In this document: positions 1-9,748 of the stretch, one piece after another
Position numbering within the stretch: the stretch's first letter is position 1
How the letters are laid out: every line of letters begins with the position of its first letter
Assembly: GCA_963674595.2 (NCBI GenBank)
Contig: CAXXFV010000019.1
Location: 14,189 to 78,188, forward strand
DNA length: 64,000 bases
From: a bacterium
GTDB lineage: Bacteria; Zhuqueibacterota; Zhuqueibacteria; Residuimicrobiales; Krinioviventaceae
Reading direction: 5' to 3'
Notes under the pieces: generated by a model
What the model saw: only the letters and a program-made list of their open reading frames with translations
Database searches by the model: none
Told to the model about the DNA's origin: nothing
Position numbers and translations under genes: made by a program

Positions 1-1272
1 CGCCCGATAGCGACGCCAATGCATAAAAGTAAAAGCTTCCGTAGAAATAACATCTCGCCCATAAATATGGGCACCGGAAGCGACGTATTTTTTGGGCCCG
101 ATGCGGGTATCAAACCAATCCGCCGCGTCCTTTTCTCCCGGGGTAATTTCCATTTCCGGGATAGGCGTACGTCCGCTTGCCTGAATATTGTCTGTGGTAA
201 ATCCATAAGCCTGAATACGACCTTTTACTCCGTTTTTCTCACATTCTGTTAAAAACGTTTCAAAAAACGCTTCCATGCCGATTTTATGAAGAAACTCGTT
301 TACATCATAACGAATTTTCGGTGTAATATTTTCAACGTTCCACCATAAGGCCGGAAGAAAAGGGACCAAATCGTAGCCGTTAAGCTGTTTAAACCTGGGC
401 AGCAATCCTTCGCTCCAGTAAATACCGCTTGCCAGATTGGCCAGTTCAAAACTATCACAAAAAAAGGAATCAATTGTTTTGCCAAATTCCTCACCGACGG
501 CATTTTTATACAAACTGAACAAAAAGCGGCAATAACGCTGCATGGCGTCTTTGTTAAAATGGTCCACAGCGTTACCAATACCGTTTTTCTTTAACCAGAA
601 AGCCATGATACGCCAGGTCCCGTCCGGTACCTTCCAGGTTAGTTTGTTATTCACAACCTTGTTTGTCAACACAGTTAAAGAGGATTGTAGAATCACCCCG
701 TTTTCCAGCTTGCCGGCAACGACCGCCAAAAGACGTTCAGTTCCGTCAAGCTCCGGAGAATAGTGTTCCCATGAGCGTTTTGTTTTGATGAGCTTTTGCG
801 GCAGCAGATCATCATAAAGAGCAGGGCCTTTTACCTCAATAAAAGTGGGGACCATATCTTTACTTTTATCAGCATCGGCAATCCACTCACCGCCGATAAT
901 CCAGCCCGGCCCGCCGAAATTAAAAGAAACTTCCAGTCCCAATCGTTTGGCTTCTTTGACCGTATGCCTGACCATTTCAAAATATTCATCGGAAAGATAG
1001 GGTTTGTTGCCTTTTTCGTAAACAGCCCCCATAGTTATCTGTTCAACACCGCCGATACCCTTTTCTTTCATTTCTTCCAGTTGAAAGGTAATATCCTCCA
1101 GCGTACCGGCATTTCCCATCCACCACCAACGGGTGTGCGGTCGGCAGTCCATTGGCGGATTTTTAAAATTTTCTATCAGTTGTGATCTTTGCGGCTCATC
1201 TCCGAAAGAGATTTGGTAAAACACAAACAACAATAGAACAAAGGCCGTTCGGTATAAATATTTTACTACCAT
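1..1272 (-). CDS. GH106 alpha-L-rhamnosidase-like glycoside hydrolase, runs off the left edge
   Basis: Not in the ORF track; N-terminal part hand-translated from ATG 1272 (GGAGG SD upstream): signal peptide then FKNPPMDCRPHTRWWWMGNAGTLEDITFQLEEMKEKGIGGVEQ, the typical GH106 N-terminus. Confidence 0.8.
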   Translation of the reverse strand, partial: MVVKYLYRTAFVLLLFVFYQISFGDEPQRSQLIENFKNPPMDCRPHTRWWWMGNAGTLEDITFQLEEMKEKGIGGVEQITMGAVYEKGNKPYLSDEYFEMVRHTVKEAKRLGLEVSFNFGGPGWIIGGEWIADADKSKDMVPTFIEVKGPALYDDLLPQKLIKTKRSWEHYSPELDGTERLLAVVAGKLENGVILQSSLTVLTNKVVNNKLTWKVPDGTWRIMAFWLKKNGIGNAVDHFNKDAMQRYCRFLFSLYKNAVGEEFGKTIDSFFCDSFELANLASGIYWSEGLLPRFKQLNGYDLVPFLPALWWNVENITPKIRYDVNEFLHKIGMEAFFETFLTECEKNGVKGRIQAYGFTTDNIQASGRTPIPEMEITPGEKDAADWFDTRIGPKKYVASGAHIYGRDVISTEAFTFMHWRRYRA

Positions 1273-1400
1273 CCTGCCTCCCTGGTCTTAAAAAATACAG
1301 GTTCTTTTTCAAAAATCCTGTACATTTTAAGACCGGAAATAATTTACTTTTTAAACAATAGCATAATATTAAATCCCCGCTCCTTTAATAGATAACAATA

Positions 1401-3593
1401 TTATTTATTTAAAAGCCAGCCCGATAAAACCTCATATTCATTCTCATAAGCTTGCAGTTGTTTAATCTGCAAATCATCATCTGCTGTTTTTTCAATATAG
1501 GCCTTTTTTGCAAATTCCAGCGTTTTATTGACATTTGCAGAATCAGCACGCTGTCCCAAATGGTCTGTGGCGTTGACATAAAACAATTGTCTTGGCGCCA
1601 ACAGCGCTGCCAAATCCGGCAGGTCGTAAAATTCAAGCGCTTTGGGTACGGTTGTCGGAATAAAATTCGGTTTATAGAAACGATTTTCAACAATGGATGC
1701 AAAGGAAACATAGCCGTTGACAAGTGCGATGCGTTGAATAGACTCTTCAAATACGGCCGCATGCAACAAAGCCGTACACAGATCATCTTTGGCAACCGCT
1801 GAAATGTTATACTCTTTATACTGATCATTTAATTTCAAGTAATGGACCAACTGTAAAATATCAGCGGCTTGTACACCAGTAATACTTTTTCCCAGACATA
1901 TCGGCGTAAACCATTTGTTATAGGAAATTTTCCCGATTTTAAAATTATAAGAGTCACCGCACTGCTCTCCGGGCCCTGTTTCACCATAGCCCAACAGATC
2001 CGGGGCCAATACGGTAAAGCCCTGCTTAACAAGTTTATCAATATCCTTTTCCGGGGCAGCCTGGTCGCCCTTCCCTTTCGGATCAAGATAAAGAATTATT
2101 TCCTGACGATTATTTTTTTTCGGGACAAAAAGTAAAAACGGTATTTGGTAATTTCCCTGACCGTTTGTATAAAACATTTCAACCGAATAATCATCACGAT
2201 TATAGCGCCCGGCAAAACAAACAGGTAAACTCTTGAAATCTTTCGGAATCTCTAAAAGCTTACCGAGGCGGGACCGAACGTCTTTTAAAAACGCTGCATT
2301 GTTATTCCTGGCATTTTCCAAATCTGCCAACTGTACTGCGGTTTCCTTTTTATTCAATGAAAAAATTGTTTCACCGCCCAGAGATGTAGATACCTGGCCC
2401 GTAGATGTTACACGCAACTCTTTATCGGTTAATAAAGTCACATCATCACCCTGACTGCTACCCGGCAGATTTAAATATTTTTGAAAAAAGGCATACATGG
2501 CCTCTCTGTTCTTTTTCGTTGAAGCATGAACATTATCATCTTCTACCATCATAAAATTATCATCAGCATCAAAAGCCTGATAACCCCGACGGACCTCAGA
2601 TGCGGTTTCTCTGGCGCCTTGAATGGAGAAAAAGTCGCGGGTTGTTGTTATCATCAATGCCGGTTTTGGCGCGTGGGCCAACAACAGATCAGCATGATCA
2701 ATTCCCCTGGAAATGCCGGCGTAAAAGTTTTGTTCCGCATCCTGGGGACCACGTGTTTGCCACAATCGACGTAAACTGGTTATAAAACACTCCGGAGCAG
2801 CCGCAAAAATACGGTCATCAAAAGCAGCGATATATGAGGACTGTGTACCACCGCCGGACCGACCGGTGATGCCGATCCGCTTCGGGTCCACTTCCTTTCG
2901 TGACAGCAAATAGTCAACAGTTCGGATACCGTCCCAAATCATATAACGCGCCAAAGAACGACCGGCAATAAAACACTGCGCGCCCGGATAAGAGTGTTCC
3001 AAAGTCGGCCCGCCGATAAGAGATTCACCCAAAGCCGCATCAAAATATTGCAATCGTTCACCCTGTCCAACCGGGTCAAATGCCAAAACAATAAAATCCT
3101 TTTTAACCAAGTTCAATATGACCCGCTGATAGGTTGCACTGCGAAACGCATTACTACTATGGCCACTGCAATAAATAACTGCCGGCGTTTTACCATCCCT
3201 GTTATTGGGAATAAACATACAAGCCGTTACGTAATTACCCGGCATGGACTCGTAAACAATTTTTTCAATACGGTAATTTTGTTTTTTCAGGACCCCCAAA
3301 ACTTTGGAATTTAATGGTGTTTTTTGTGGAAAAGGCCCGATTATGTCCTGTAATAATTCCTTTACTTTATCTTGCCTTTGCTGCCAATCCTGCTTGGTTT
3401 TTAGAGAAGCGATTTCAGTTTCCCGTACTTTCCAACAGGCTTCAGCCTGGTCAAGGAAATAATGGTACATAGAGTTTTCAATATCTGTATAGCCAAGGTG
3501 CCCTTTTAAAATTGAAAAGTCGTTATTTTGTGACTTTGTAATATTAACAATTCCAAGTAATAATACAAGTAATAGAATCCATCTAAATTTCAC
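1401..3593 (-). CDS. Secreted alpha/beta-hydrolase, acetyl-xylan-esterase-like, two-domain
   Basis: Signal peptide, GITGRSGGG nucleophile elbow, DPVGQGER motif, second degenerate hydrolase domain. Confidence 0.75.
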   Translation of the reverse strand: MKFRWILLLVLLLGIVNITKSQNNDFSILKGHLGYTDIENSMYHYFLDQAEACWKVRETEIASLKTKQDWQQRQDKVKELLQDIIGPFPQKTPLNSKVLGVLKKQNYRIEKIVYESMPGNYVTACMFIPNNRDGKTPAVIYCSGHSSNAFRSATYQRVILNLVKKDFIVLAFDPVGQGERLQYFDAALGESLIGGPTLEHSYPGAQCFIAGRSLARYMIWDGIRTVDYLLSRKEVDPKRIGITGRSGGGTQSSYIAAFDDRIFAAAPECFITSLRRLWQTRGPQDAEQNFYAGISRGIDHADLLLAHAPKPALMITTTRDFFSIQGARETASEVRRGYQAFDADDNFMMVEDDNVHASTKKNREAMYAFFQKYLNLPGSSQGDDVTLLTDKELRVTSTGQVSTSLGGETIFSLNKKETAVQLADLENARNNNAAFLKDVRSRLGKLLEIPKDFKSLPVCFAGRYNRDDYSVEMFYTNGQGNYQIPFLLFVPKKNNRQEIILYLDPKGKGDQAAPEKDIDKLVKQGFTVLAPDLLGYGETGPGEQCGDSYNFKIGKISYNKWFTPICLGKSITGVQAADILQLVHYLKLNDQYKEYNISAVAKDDLCTALLHAAVFEESIQRIALVNGYVSFASIVENRFYKPNFIPTTVPKALEFYDLPDLAALLAPRQLFYVNATDHLGQRADSANVNKTLEFAKKAYIEKTADDDLQIKQLQAYENEYEVLSGWLLNK

Positions 3594-3875
3594 AATTTAC
3601 TCCCTAAAAAATTTATATTTCCCAAAAAGATTTTTTGCACCAAACAGCAGACTTTTTCCAACCAGCTTGTAATAATCAAAAAAAAATTCCGAACAATCGT
3701 CATTTAAAGCTGCAGACGGGAAAAAACACCTTTTAATCTTCATGGCACTTGCTTTTCCTTGACTTGAATCTAATTATCAGGAACAATTTAATATAACAAG
3801 AAAATGAATGATTTAAAAGAAATCTTGTGTTTTTTTCTAAAAACCCCCTTGAAAAGAAAAAAATAGATTAGTTTC

Positions 3876-3904
3876 TTGACTTTTAAAACGAATTTATGTA
3901 AAAT
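3876..3904 (+). promoter_or_regulatory. Sigma70-type promoter TTGACT-N17-TAAAAT
   Basis: -35 at 3876-3881, -10 at 3899-3904, 17-nt spacer; no annotated plus-strand gene directly follows. Confidence 0.6.
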
Positions 3905-3909
3905 TTTAC

Positions 3910-3977
3910 ATGTTTAAAAAATCATATCAGCAGGTGAGTTTGGGGATCCCTGGGTTGAAATGCTGATAGTTTTTTAA
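3910..3977 (+). ncRNA. Candidate small RNA or leaderless 18-aa ORF
   Basis: Follows the promoter; stem TATCAGCA/TGCTGATA then T-run; ATG 3910 to TGA 3966 encodes MFKKSYQQVSLGIPGLKC. Confidence 0.35.
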
Positions 3978-3981
3978 CATG

Positions 3982-4848
3982 TTAATCTCTTAAATAACCT
4001 TCATAAAGTCGTTTTCGGGCAGCATCATTATCAATGACCATGAGTGTTCTCAGGGCATCTTTATTAATGGCGCGTTTAAATATTTCAATAATTTCCAAAT
4101 GGTGGGCCTGGATAAATTTTTGAGCATATTCATTTTCAGGATCGTCGGTTAAAATTTTATCGAGCATTTTAATGGCTGTTGCACAATTACGACGGGCTTT
4201 TTCATTATCCTGATTAACCAGAGATAAACCATAAAAATAATAATCAACCATTTCACGATAGGGTTTATGAAAATCACTCATCAATTCCTCAAGCAAATCC
4301 AGACGGCGGTCCCATCCATAAACAAACCGTCCCATACCCGATCGTGCCATTTCAGCGATATGTTTGGCTTTTTCAAAATATCGTGTTCCGGCAAGTGTAC
4401 CCCATTTGTCATATTCACCACCCAAAATAATATAAAGATAAAACTCTATAACACTGGTGAAAGAGTCTTTATCATTTTCAATGTACATAATATCATCACC
4501 ACTCTGGTATGCAAAACGCCAGCGTTTATCAAAGTATTGAAGATCATAATTATTGTGGATAAGAATTTGTGCGTTATATCGTTCTTCAGCGCCGGTGCTG
4601 ATATCTTCCAGTAACAGTTCGATATCAACGGCGACGATTGTCTGCCATTCATTATCAGACCAGTCGTGACTATTGATAAAATGCTCAATTTTTTCAGCAA
4701 AATCAGCTAGTTTTCGTTTTTTTTCTTCAGACAGTTTTTCGTTATTTAATTTTACACGCGCCTCTATTCGCTGGGCCTGAGCTACATTGACAAAAATTTG
4801 ACAACATAAAAAAACAGCAACCATGATTTTTATAGGGTGAAAAGTCAT
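3982..4848 (-). CDS. DUF4835 family protein (PorD-like)
   Basis: Signal peptide ending AQA; FINSHDWS, YFDKRWRFAY, FYLYIILGGEYD and YYFYGL segments resemble DUF4835; start trimmed to MTFHPIK. Confidence 0.65.
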   Translation of the reverse strand: MTFHPIKIMVAVFLCCQIFVNVAQAQRIEARVKLNNEKLSEEKKRKLADFAEKIEHFINSHDWSDNEWQTIVAVDIELLLEDISTGAEERYNAQILIHNNYDLQYFDKRWRFAYQSGDDIMYIENDKDSFTSVIEFYLYIILGGEYDKWGTLAGTRYFEKAKHIAEMARSGMGRFVYGWDRRLDLLEELMSDFHKPYREMVDYYFYGLSLVNQDNEKARRNCATAIKMLDKILTDDPENEYAQKFIQAHHLEIIEIFKRAINKDALRTLMVIDNDAARKRLYEGYLRD

Positions 4849-5812
4849 GAAAAACTCCAAGTATGTATTTATTAAACCAAATTTATGGCGGTTTCGATCA
4901 GCAATCAATGCTCCTGACAAGCGTTATAATATCTCTTTTTTTCATCATTTTGTCAAGCATTTAGTTTATAATCATAAACGCTTTTGTGTAAACATTCGTT
5001 CCCCTCTTTTTTATGTCTTGTTTATTACGCTGATAACAACAACTGCCTATCCTATGGAAGATATGATTATCGGCGCAAAACCTGCAAGTTTAGCCGGGGC
5101 TTTTACAGCACAAAAAAATGAAGTTCTGTGTATGTTTTACAATCCGGCAGGTATAAAATCATCCTGCTACCTTCAATCCGCTTTTTCCTATTCAAAACCA
5201 TTTGGACTGCAGGATTTAAGCAGAGGTTTTGCCGCTTTTGCCCTCTCCACAAATTCATACACTATTGCCTCGGCATTACAAAATTTTGGTAATAATATAT
5301 ACCAGGAAAATATTTTTTATCTCTCTTTGCAGCGAGATATGGTCAAACAGGTCTCATTTGGTGTGAATATCCGTTACTACCATCTTAAAATCAGTAAATA
5401 CGGGCAGGATTCTTCATTGTTATATGATATGGGTGTTCTGGCACACATATCCCCAAACCTGGATTTGGGATTCTATATAAAAAACATCACCTATGCAACG
5501 TTGGGCAAATCTGATCAAAATTTTCCTCAAATATTATCAACCGGTTTAAGATACAGTTTGCAGCCGTTTTTTGCATTCTCAGTTGACTGCTACAAAGATA
5601 TTGATTTTCCATTGGATGTTCGGTTCGGTACGGAATTTTCACCTATAAATCCGCTCTGTTTTAATGCTGGTGCGGCAACAGAACCAACTCGGTTTGCAGT
5701 CGGATTTAATTTTAAAATTTCCCAACTTGTTTTAGAATATGCTTACAATTATCACCTGGAATTGAATGTCACTCACCTTTTTACAATCAAATTTTTTATA
5801 AAACAGGGATAA
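4847..5812 (+). CDS. PorV/PorQ-like outer-membrane beta-barrel protein (true start probably near 4990-5020)
   Basis: GAKPASLAGAFTA...FYNPAG N-terminal motif and amphipathic strands; ORF-track start overlaps the divergent gene. Confidence 0.65.
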   Translation: MKNSKYVFIKPNLWRFRSAINAPDKRYNISFFHHFVKHLVYNHKRFCVNIRSPLFYVLFITLITTTAYPMEDMIIGAKPASLAGAFTAQKNEVLCMFYNPAGIKSSCYLQSAFSYSKPFGLQDLSRGFAAFALSTNSYTIASALQNFGNNIYQENIFYLSLQRDMVKQVSFGVNIRYYHLKISKYGQDSSLLYDMGVLAHISPNLDLGFYIKNITYATLGKSDQNFPQILSTGLRYSLQPFFAFSVDCYKDIDFPLDVRFGTEFSPINPLCFNAGAATEPTRFAVGFNFKISQLVLEYAYNYHLELNVTHLFTIKFFIKQG

Positions 5813-5815
5813 AAC

Positions 5816-7792
5816 GTGAAATTTACAAAATCACATGGTTTGGTTCTGCTCTTGTTGTTCTGCCAACGTCTTTATTCCGCTGATGTGCCGGATATCGAAA
5901 AACTCATTGATGTTGATTCAGAAAACGATCAAACAGCCTTGATTGAATACCTGACCACAGTTTGTGAAAATCCTTTTAATTTAAATACGGTAACAGTTAA
6001 TGACCTGCTATCACTACCCTGGCTGACCTTGCAACAGGCAAACGATATCATTGCCTACAGGAATAAAAACGGTCCCTTGAAAAAATTTTCAGAGTTGAAA
6101 AAAATAAAAAGTATTGATGAGGATTTGTACAATATTCTTATTCATTTTGTAATAATTCCGGAAAAAGAAAAACCACCTTCCATCAGAACTCTTGGACGGC
6201 ATCGTATAATAATACCATTTAAACAGGCAAAAGGTTATCAAAACGGAACATATCAGGGAAACGCGTTAAAACTATACAATCGAATATCAATGATCATTAC
6301 GGATCGCTATAAATTCGGCGTTTTAACCGAAAAAGACCCCGGAGAATCAAATTACAACGATTTACTGGCCGGTTATGCTCAAATTATGTTGCCATCGCAA
6401 AACGCTGACATTATTCTGGGGAATTTTTATTTTGAATCCGGTCAGGGATTGGTTTTTTCCAGCCCCTATCAGCTTAGTAAAGGCAGCGATCCGATACTGC
6501 CCGCCCATAAAAAAAGAAGCGGAAGTCGTCCCTATACACTTTCTGATGAAAATTCAGCCTTGAATGGAATAAGCATTAGAAAAAATGCAGCAAACGTTCA
6601 GTTATCATTTTTTTACAGTTCACAAAACAGAGATGCGACAATAACCCGGGACAGTGTAACAACAATTTTGAACACCGGTCTGCATCAAACGATTACTGAC
6701 ATGGATAAAAAGAATGCCCTGAACGAAACCCTGATCGGTGCAGAGATTGAAATAAAAACCGGAAAATTTTCATCAATCGGTATGACCTTTCAATCAAGTC
6801 AATATGCACTCCCTATAAATCCGGGTAATGAAATTTTCGATGTATATGATTTTAAAGGAACAACAAATCATGTTTCCGGTATTCATTATACATTTTATTA
6901 TAATAATCTAACATTATTTGGAGAAGGGGCCTTGTCGAAATCCGACGGAAAAGCTGTTATCCTGGGAGGCCGACTGCAAAAAGGAAAAGCAGGATTTATC
7001 TTTCTGTGGCGAAATTATGATAAAAATTTTCATAATTTTCATGCCGGCTCTTTTGGTACCCGGCAAAATGCACAGGACGAAACCGGTTTTTATACAGGTG
7101 TTAAAATTAAATTTTCACCCAAGTTATCTCTGGCCTATTACATTGATATCTATAAACACCATTGGTTAACTCAAACAACACACTTGCCGGGCAATGGTTA
7201 TGATATCATGGCAATTGCAGAGTTTAAACCTGTGAAGAAATTTTTTATAACGCTTCAGTACAAAACACGACAAAAATATTATTCTGATGCTTTTAGCGAT
7301 ATTTATGGCAATACTTATTACAAAATGGTGACGGATCAATACAACCGTTATCGAATCCAGTTTGACTATACACCTGTCAGAAAAATTTCCCTGCGAACAC
7401 GGATGGAATGGAAAAGGGTAAACGGGGAATCTGTTTCAAACGATGAACTAAAAAACAAAGTTTCTACCATGCAATACCAGGAAATTATGTATAACATGTT
7501 TTCTGTGTTAAAATTTCGGGTCCGTTGGTGCTTATTTGACGCACCACTTTACGAAACACGCTTTTACCAATATGAATATGATCATCCCGGTATGATGACT
7601 TTAAAAATGTTATACGGGCGCGGTTCACGATTTTATTTAATGGCCGCTCTAAAAATTAAATCAAAAATAAAATTATCCTCAAAATTTTCCTGCACTCATT
7701 ATACGGACAGATACTTTATTGGCAGCGGTAATAATTCCATTGACAGTAACAGAGAACACCATATTTCATTTCAATTGGATTATAGTTTTTAA
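5816..7792 (+). CDS. Helix-hairpin-helix (ComEA-like) domain fused to an outer-membrane beta-barrel
   Basis: FNLNTVTVNDLLSLPWL...IIAYRNKNGPLKKFSELKKI HhH region, EKDPGE motif, C-terminal Phe. Confidence 0.75.
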   Translation: MKFTKSHGLVLLLLFCQRLYSADVPDIEKLIDVDSENDQTALIEYLTTVCENPFNLNTVTVNDLLSLPWLTLQQANDIIAYRNKNGPLKKFSELKKIKSIDEDLYNILIHFVIIPEKEKPPSIRTLGRHRIIIPFKQAKGYQNGTYQGNALKLYNRISMIITDRYKFGVLTEKDPGESNYNDLLAGYAQIMLPSQNADIILGNFYFESGQGLVFSSPYQLSKGSDPILPAHKKRSGSRPYTLSDENSALNGISIRKNAANVQLSFFYSSQNRDATITRDSVTTILNTGLHQTITDMDKKNALNETLIGAEIEIKTGKFSSIGMTFQSSQYALPINPGNEIFDVYDFKGTTNHVSGIHYTFYYNNLTLFGEGALSKSDGKAVILGGRLQKGKAGFIFLWRNYDKNFHNFHAGSFGTRQNAQDETGFYTGVKIKFSPKLSLAYYIDIYKHHWLTQTTHLPGNGYDIMAIAEFKPVKKFFITLQYKTRQKYYSDAFSDIYGNTYYKMVTDQYNRYRIQFDYTPVRKISLRTRMEWKRVNGESVSNDELKNKVSTMQYQEIMYNMFSVLKFRVRWCLFDAPLYETRFYQYEYDHPGMMTLKMLYGRGSRFYLMAALKIKSKIKLSSKFSCTHYTDRYFIGSGNNSIDSNREHHISFQLDYSF

Positions 7793-7888
7793 TAATTAAT
7801 GTCTGGAATTACATATTGAACTTTAAAATATATATAAGTATATTTCATAAACTCTAGAAAAGTATGGACCTCATTTTGTAGAAATAAT

Positions 7889-8422
7889 ATGCTGAAAAAA
7901 TTTGGACAGAATTTAAATCTTCAATGTTTGCGCACTTTACTCAAATTCAAAAAAAACAATGACGTATTAAATATGTTTGAGTGCATACGCAACGCAAAAA
8001 AAGTACTTTTACTTTATCCAAAAGAAAAAGAATTAACTGACATTATTAAAAAAGATTTTGAAAAATTTAGACAGCATTTTAAAGATGCTGAAATCACAAG
8101 AGTTTTGTTTAATTATGAGAATACAAAGAAAAAATCAAAAAATAATGTCTTTTATTACCAGGAATCTGACATTACATTTCTGGGAAATTTAAACAAAAAA
8201 ATAAAAACCGACCTTTTAAAAAACAACTATGATATTGTTATTGATCTGAGTTTACCTTTTAACTATATTAATACATATATAGCGATAAAAATAAATGCAC
8301 CGTTAAAAATCGGATTTAATCACGAAAAAAGAGATGATTTTTACAATTTTGTAATTCGCCTTGGACAAGACCATAGTATGAATAATGCCCTGCAGGTACT
8401 ATTTAGATACTTAAATATATAA
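7889..8422 (+). CDS. Hypothetical protein, DUF6913 / GT9-N-terminal-like
   Basis: YDIVIDLS...APLKIGF...YNF motif. Confidence 0.5.
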   Translation: MLKKFGQNLNLQCLRTLLKFKKNNDVLNMFECIRNAKKVLLLYPKEKELTDIIKKDFEKFRQHFKDAEITRVLFNYENTKKKSKNNVFYYQESDITFLGNLNKKIKTDLLKNNYDIVIDLSLPFNYINTYIAIKINAPLKIGFNHEKRDDFYNFVIRLGQDHSMNNALQVLFRYLNI

Positions 8423-8461
8423 AAAACAGTTTTATATTTATTTTATTCAAGAATTACAAAC

Positions 8462-8477
8462 CGGCATACAACTTGCA
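8462..8477 (+). promoter_or_regulatory. Sigma54 (-24/-12) promoter candidate
   Basis: CGGCATACAACTTGCA has exact GG-N10-GC spacing, 47 nt upstream of the GGDEF gene. Confidence 0.5.
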
Positions 8478-8524
8478 GTTACGGATTTACAACTAAAAAT
8501 GGGTTCAAAGAAGCAGAGGAAAAG

Positions 8525-9631
8525 ATGAAAGACCCAAATCAAAATCTCGAAAATTCCGTTGCGAGCAAAAACATAGACAACCTGTATCAAGAAATTGAAA
8601 ACCTGAATAAAGTCAATTCAGAATTAAACGAAAAAATAAAAAATCTTGAATTACTGGTTCAGCTTAACTATAACCTTAATCATACTCTTGAAAAAACAGA
8701 GATTTTAAATTCGGTCAAAGATTTTTTTTCGACCTACTTTTACATAGATGAATATTCGTTAATGCTGAAAACAGACTCGGAGGACAAGCTCGAGTTAGTA
8801 TCTTCACTTGGATTACAAAAACCAAACATTTGGGCGCCTATTACACGTAAAAAGTCGGTTCTTAACCGCGCATTTCATCAAAACGAAATCGTCTATGTCC
8901 CCGATATCGCATCAACAAATCCTGAAATAATAAAAGAACTTGGATGTAAACAATGCGGCAGTCTGTTGACAATCCCGTTATTGCCGGAACCGGGACGTAT
9001 TATTGGTCTGTTAAATCTGCATCGCTCCGGGAAAAATGCGTTTCCAGAGCAGGAAATAGAGCAGTTAAAACTGATTTCTCACCAAATTTCTCAAGTTATC
9101 GACCGAACAATACTGTTCCAAAACTATCAGGAACTTGCCTATAGTGACGGACTCACAGGGGTTTTTAACCGCCGTTATTTTGACCAGCGTTTCAGCCGGG
9201 AAATATTACGTGCACGGCGATATAGTCGTAAACTGTCCATCCTTATGGTTGATATCGACCATTTTAAAAATTTCAATGATACTTTTGGACATTTAATGGG
9301 CGACGAAGTTTTAAAAGTTGTTGCCAAAAATTTGGAAAAAAAACTGAGACGCGCTGATATTGTCTGCAGATACGGCGGTGAAGAATTTGTTATTATCCTG
9401 CCTGAAATAAATTGTAATCATGCTTCAATTGTTGCCGAAAAATTACGAAGTTCAATCGATGCCTTTCGCTATAAAGACAATAATAACCACGAACACCATA
9501 TTACAATTTCTATTGGTGTTGCCTGTTTTCCTGATCACGGACCTGACATTGAAGGAATAATGGAAAGTGCTGACCAGGCTTTGTATGAAGCAAAAAAATG
9601 TGGACGTAATCTGGTTAGAATTGCCTGTTAA
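8525..9631 (+). CDS. GAF-domain diguanylate cyclase
   Basis: N-terminal coiled coil, GAF domain, DGLTGVFNRR, DIDHFK, RxxD I-site five residues before GGEEF. Confidence 0.92.
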   Translation: MKDPNQNLENSVASKNIDNLYQEIENLNKVNSELNEKIKNLELLVQLNYNLNHTLEKTEILNSVKDFFSTYFYIDEYSLMLKTDSEDKLELVSSLGLQKPNIWAPITRKKSVLNRAFHQNEIVYVPDIASTNPEIIKELGCKQCGSLLTIPLLPEPGRIIGLLNLHRSGKNAFPEQEIEQLKLISHQISQVIDRTILFQNYQELAYSDGLTGVFNRRYFDQRFSREILRARRYSRKLSILMVDIDHFKNFNDTFGHLMGDEVLKVVAKNLEKKLRRADIVCRYGGEEFVIILPEINCNHASIVAEKLRSSIDAFRYKDNNNHEHHITISIGVACFPDHGPDIEGIMESADQALYEAKKCGRNLVRIAC

Positions 9632-9748
9632 ATTCCCTCCTGTATTATCATCTATCAGCTTTTAAAATTATTATTTTGAATTTTAAAATACTATAGTAAC
9701 TTATAGTATTGAAAGATAATAATAACCTCTAGATAATACAGGTGAGCC

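Noticed and set aside
19-1185. Short ORF-track entries at the left edge
   Set aside because: Shadow frames of the long minus-strand GH106 gene that runs off the window.
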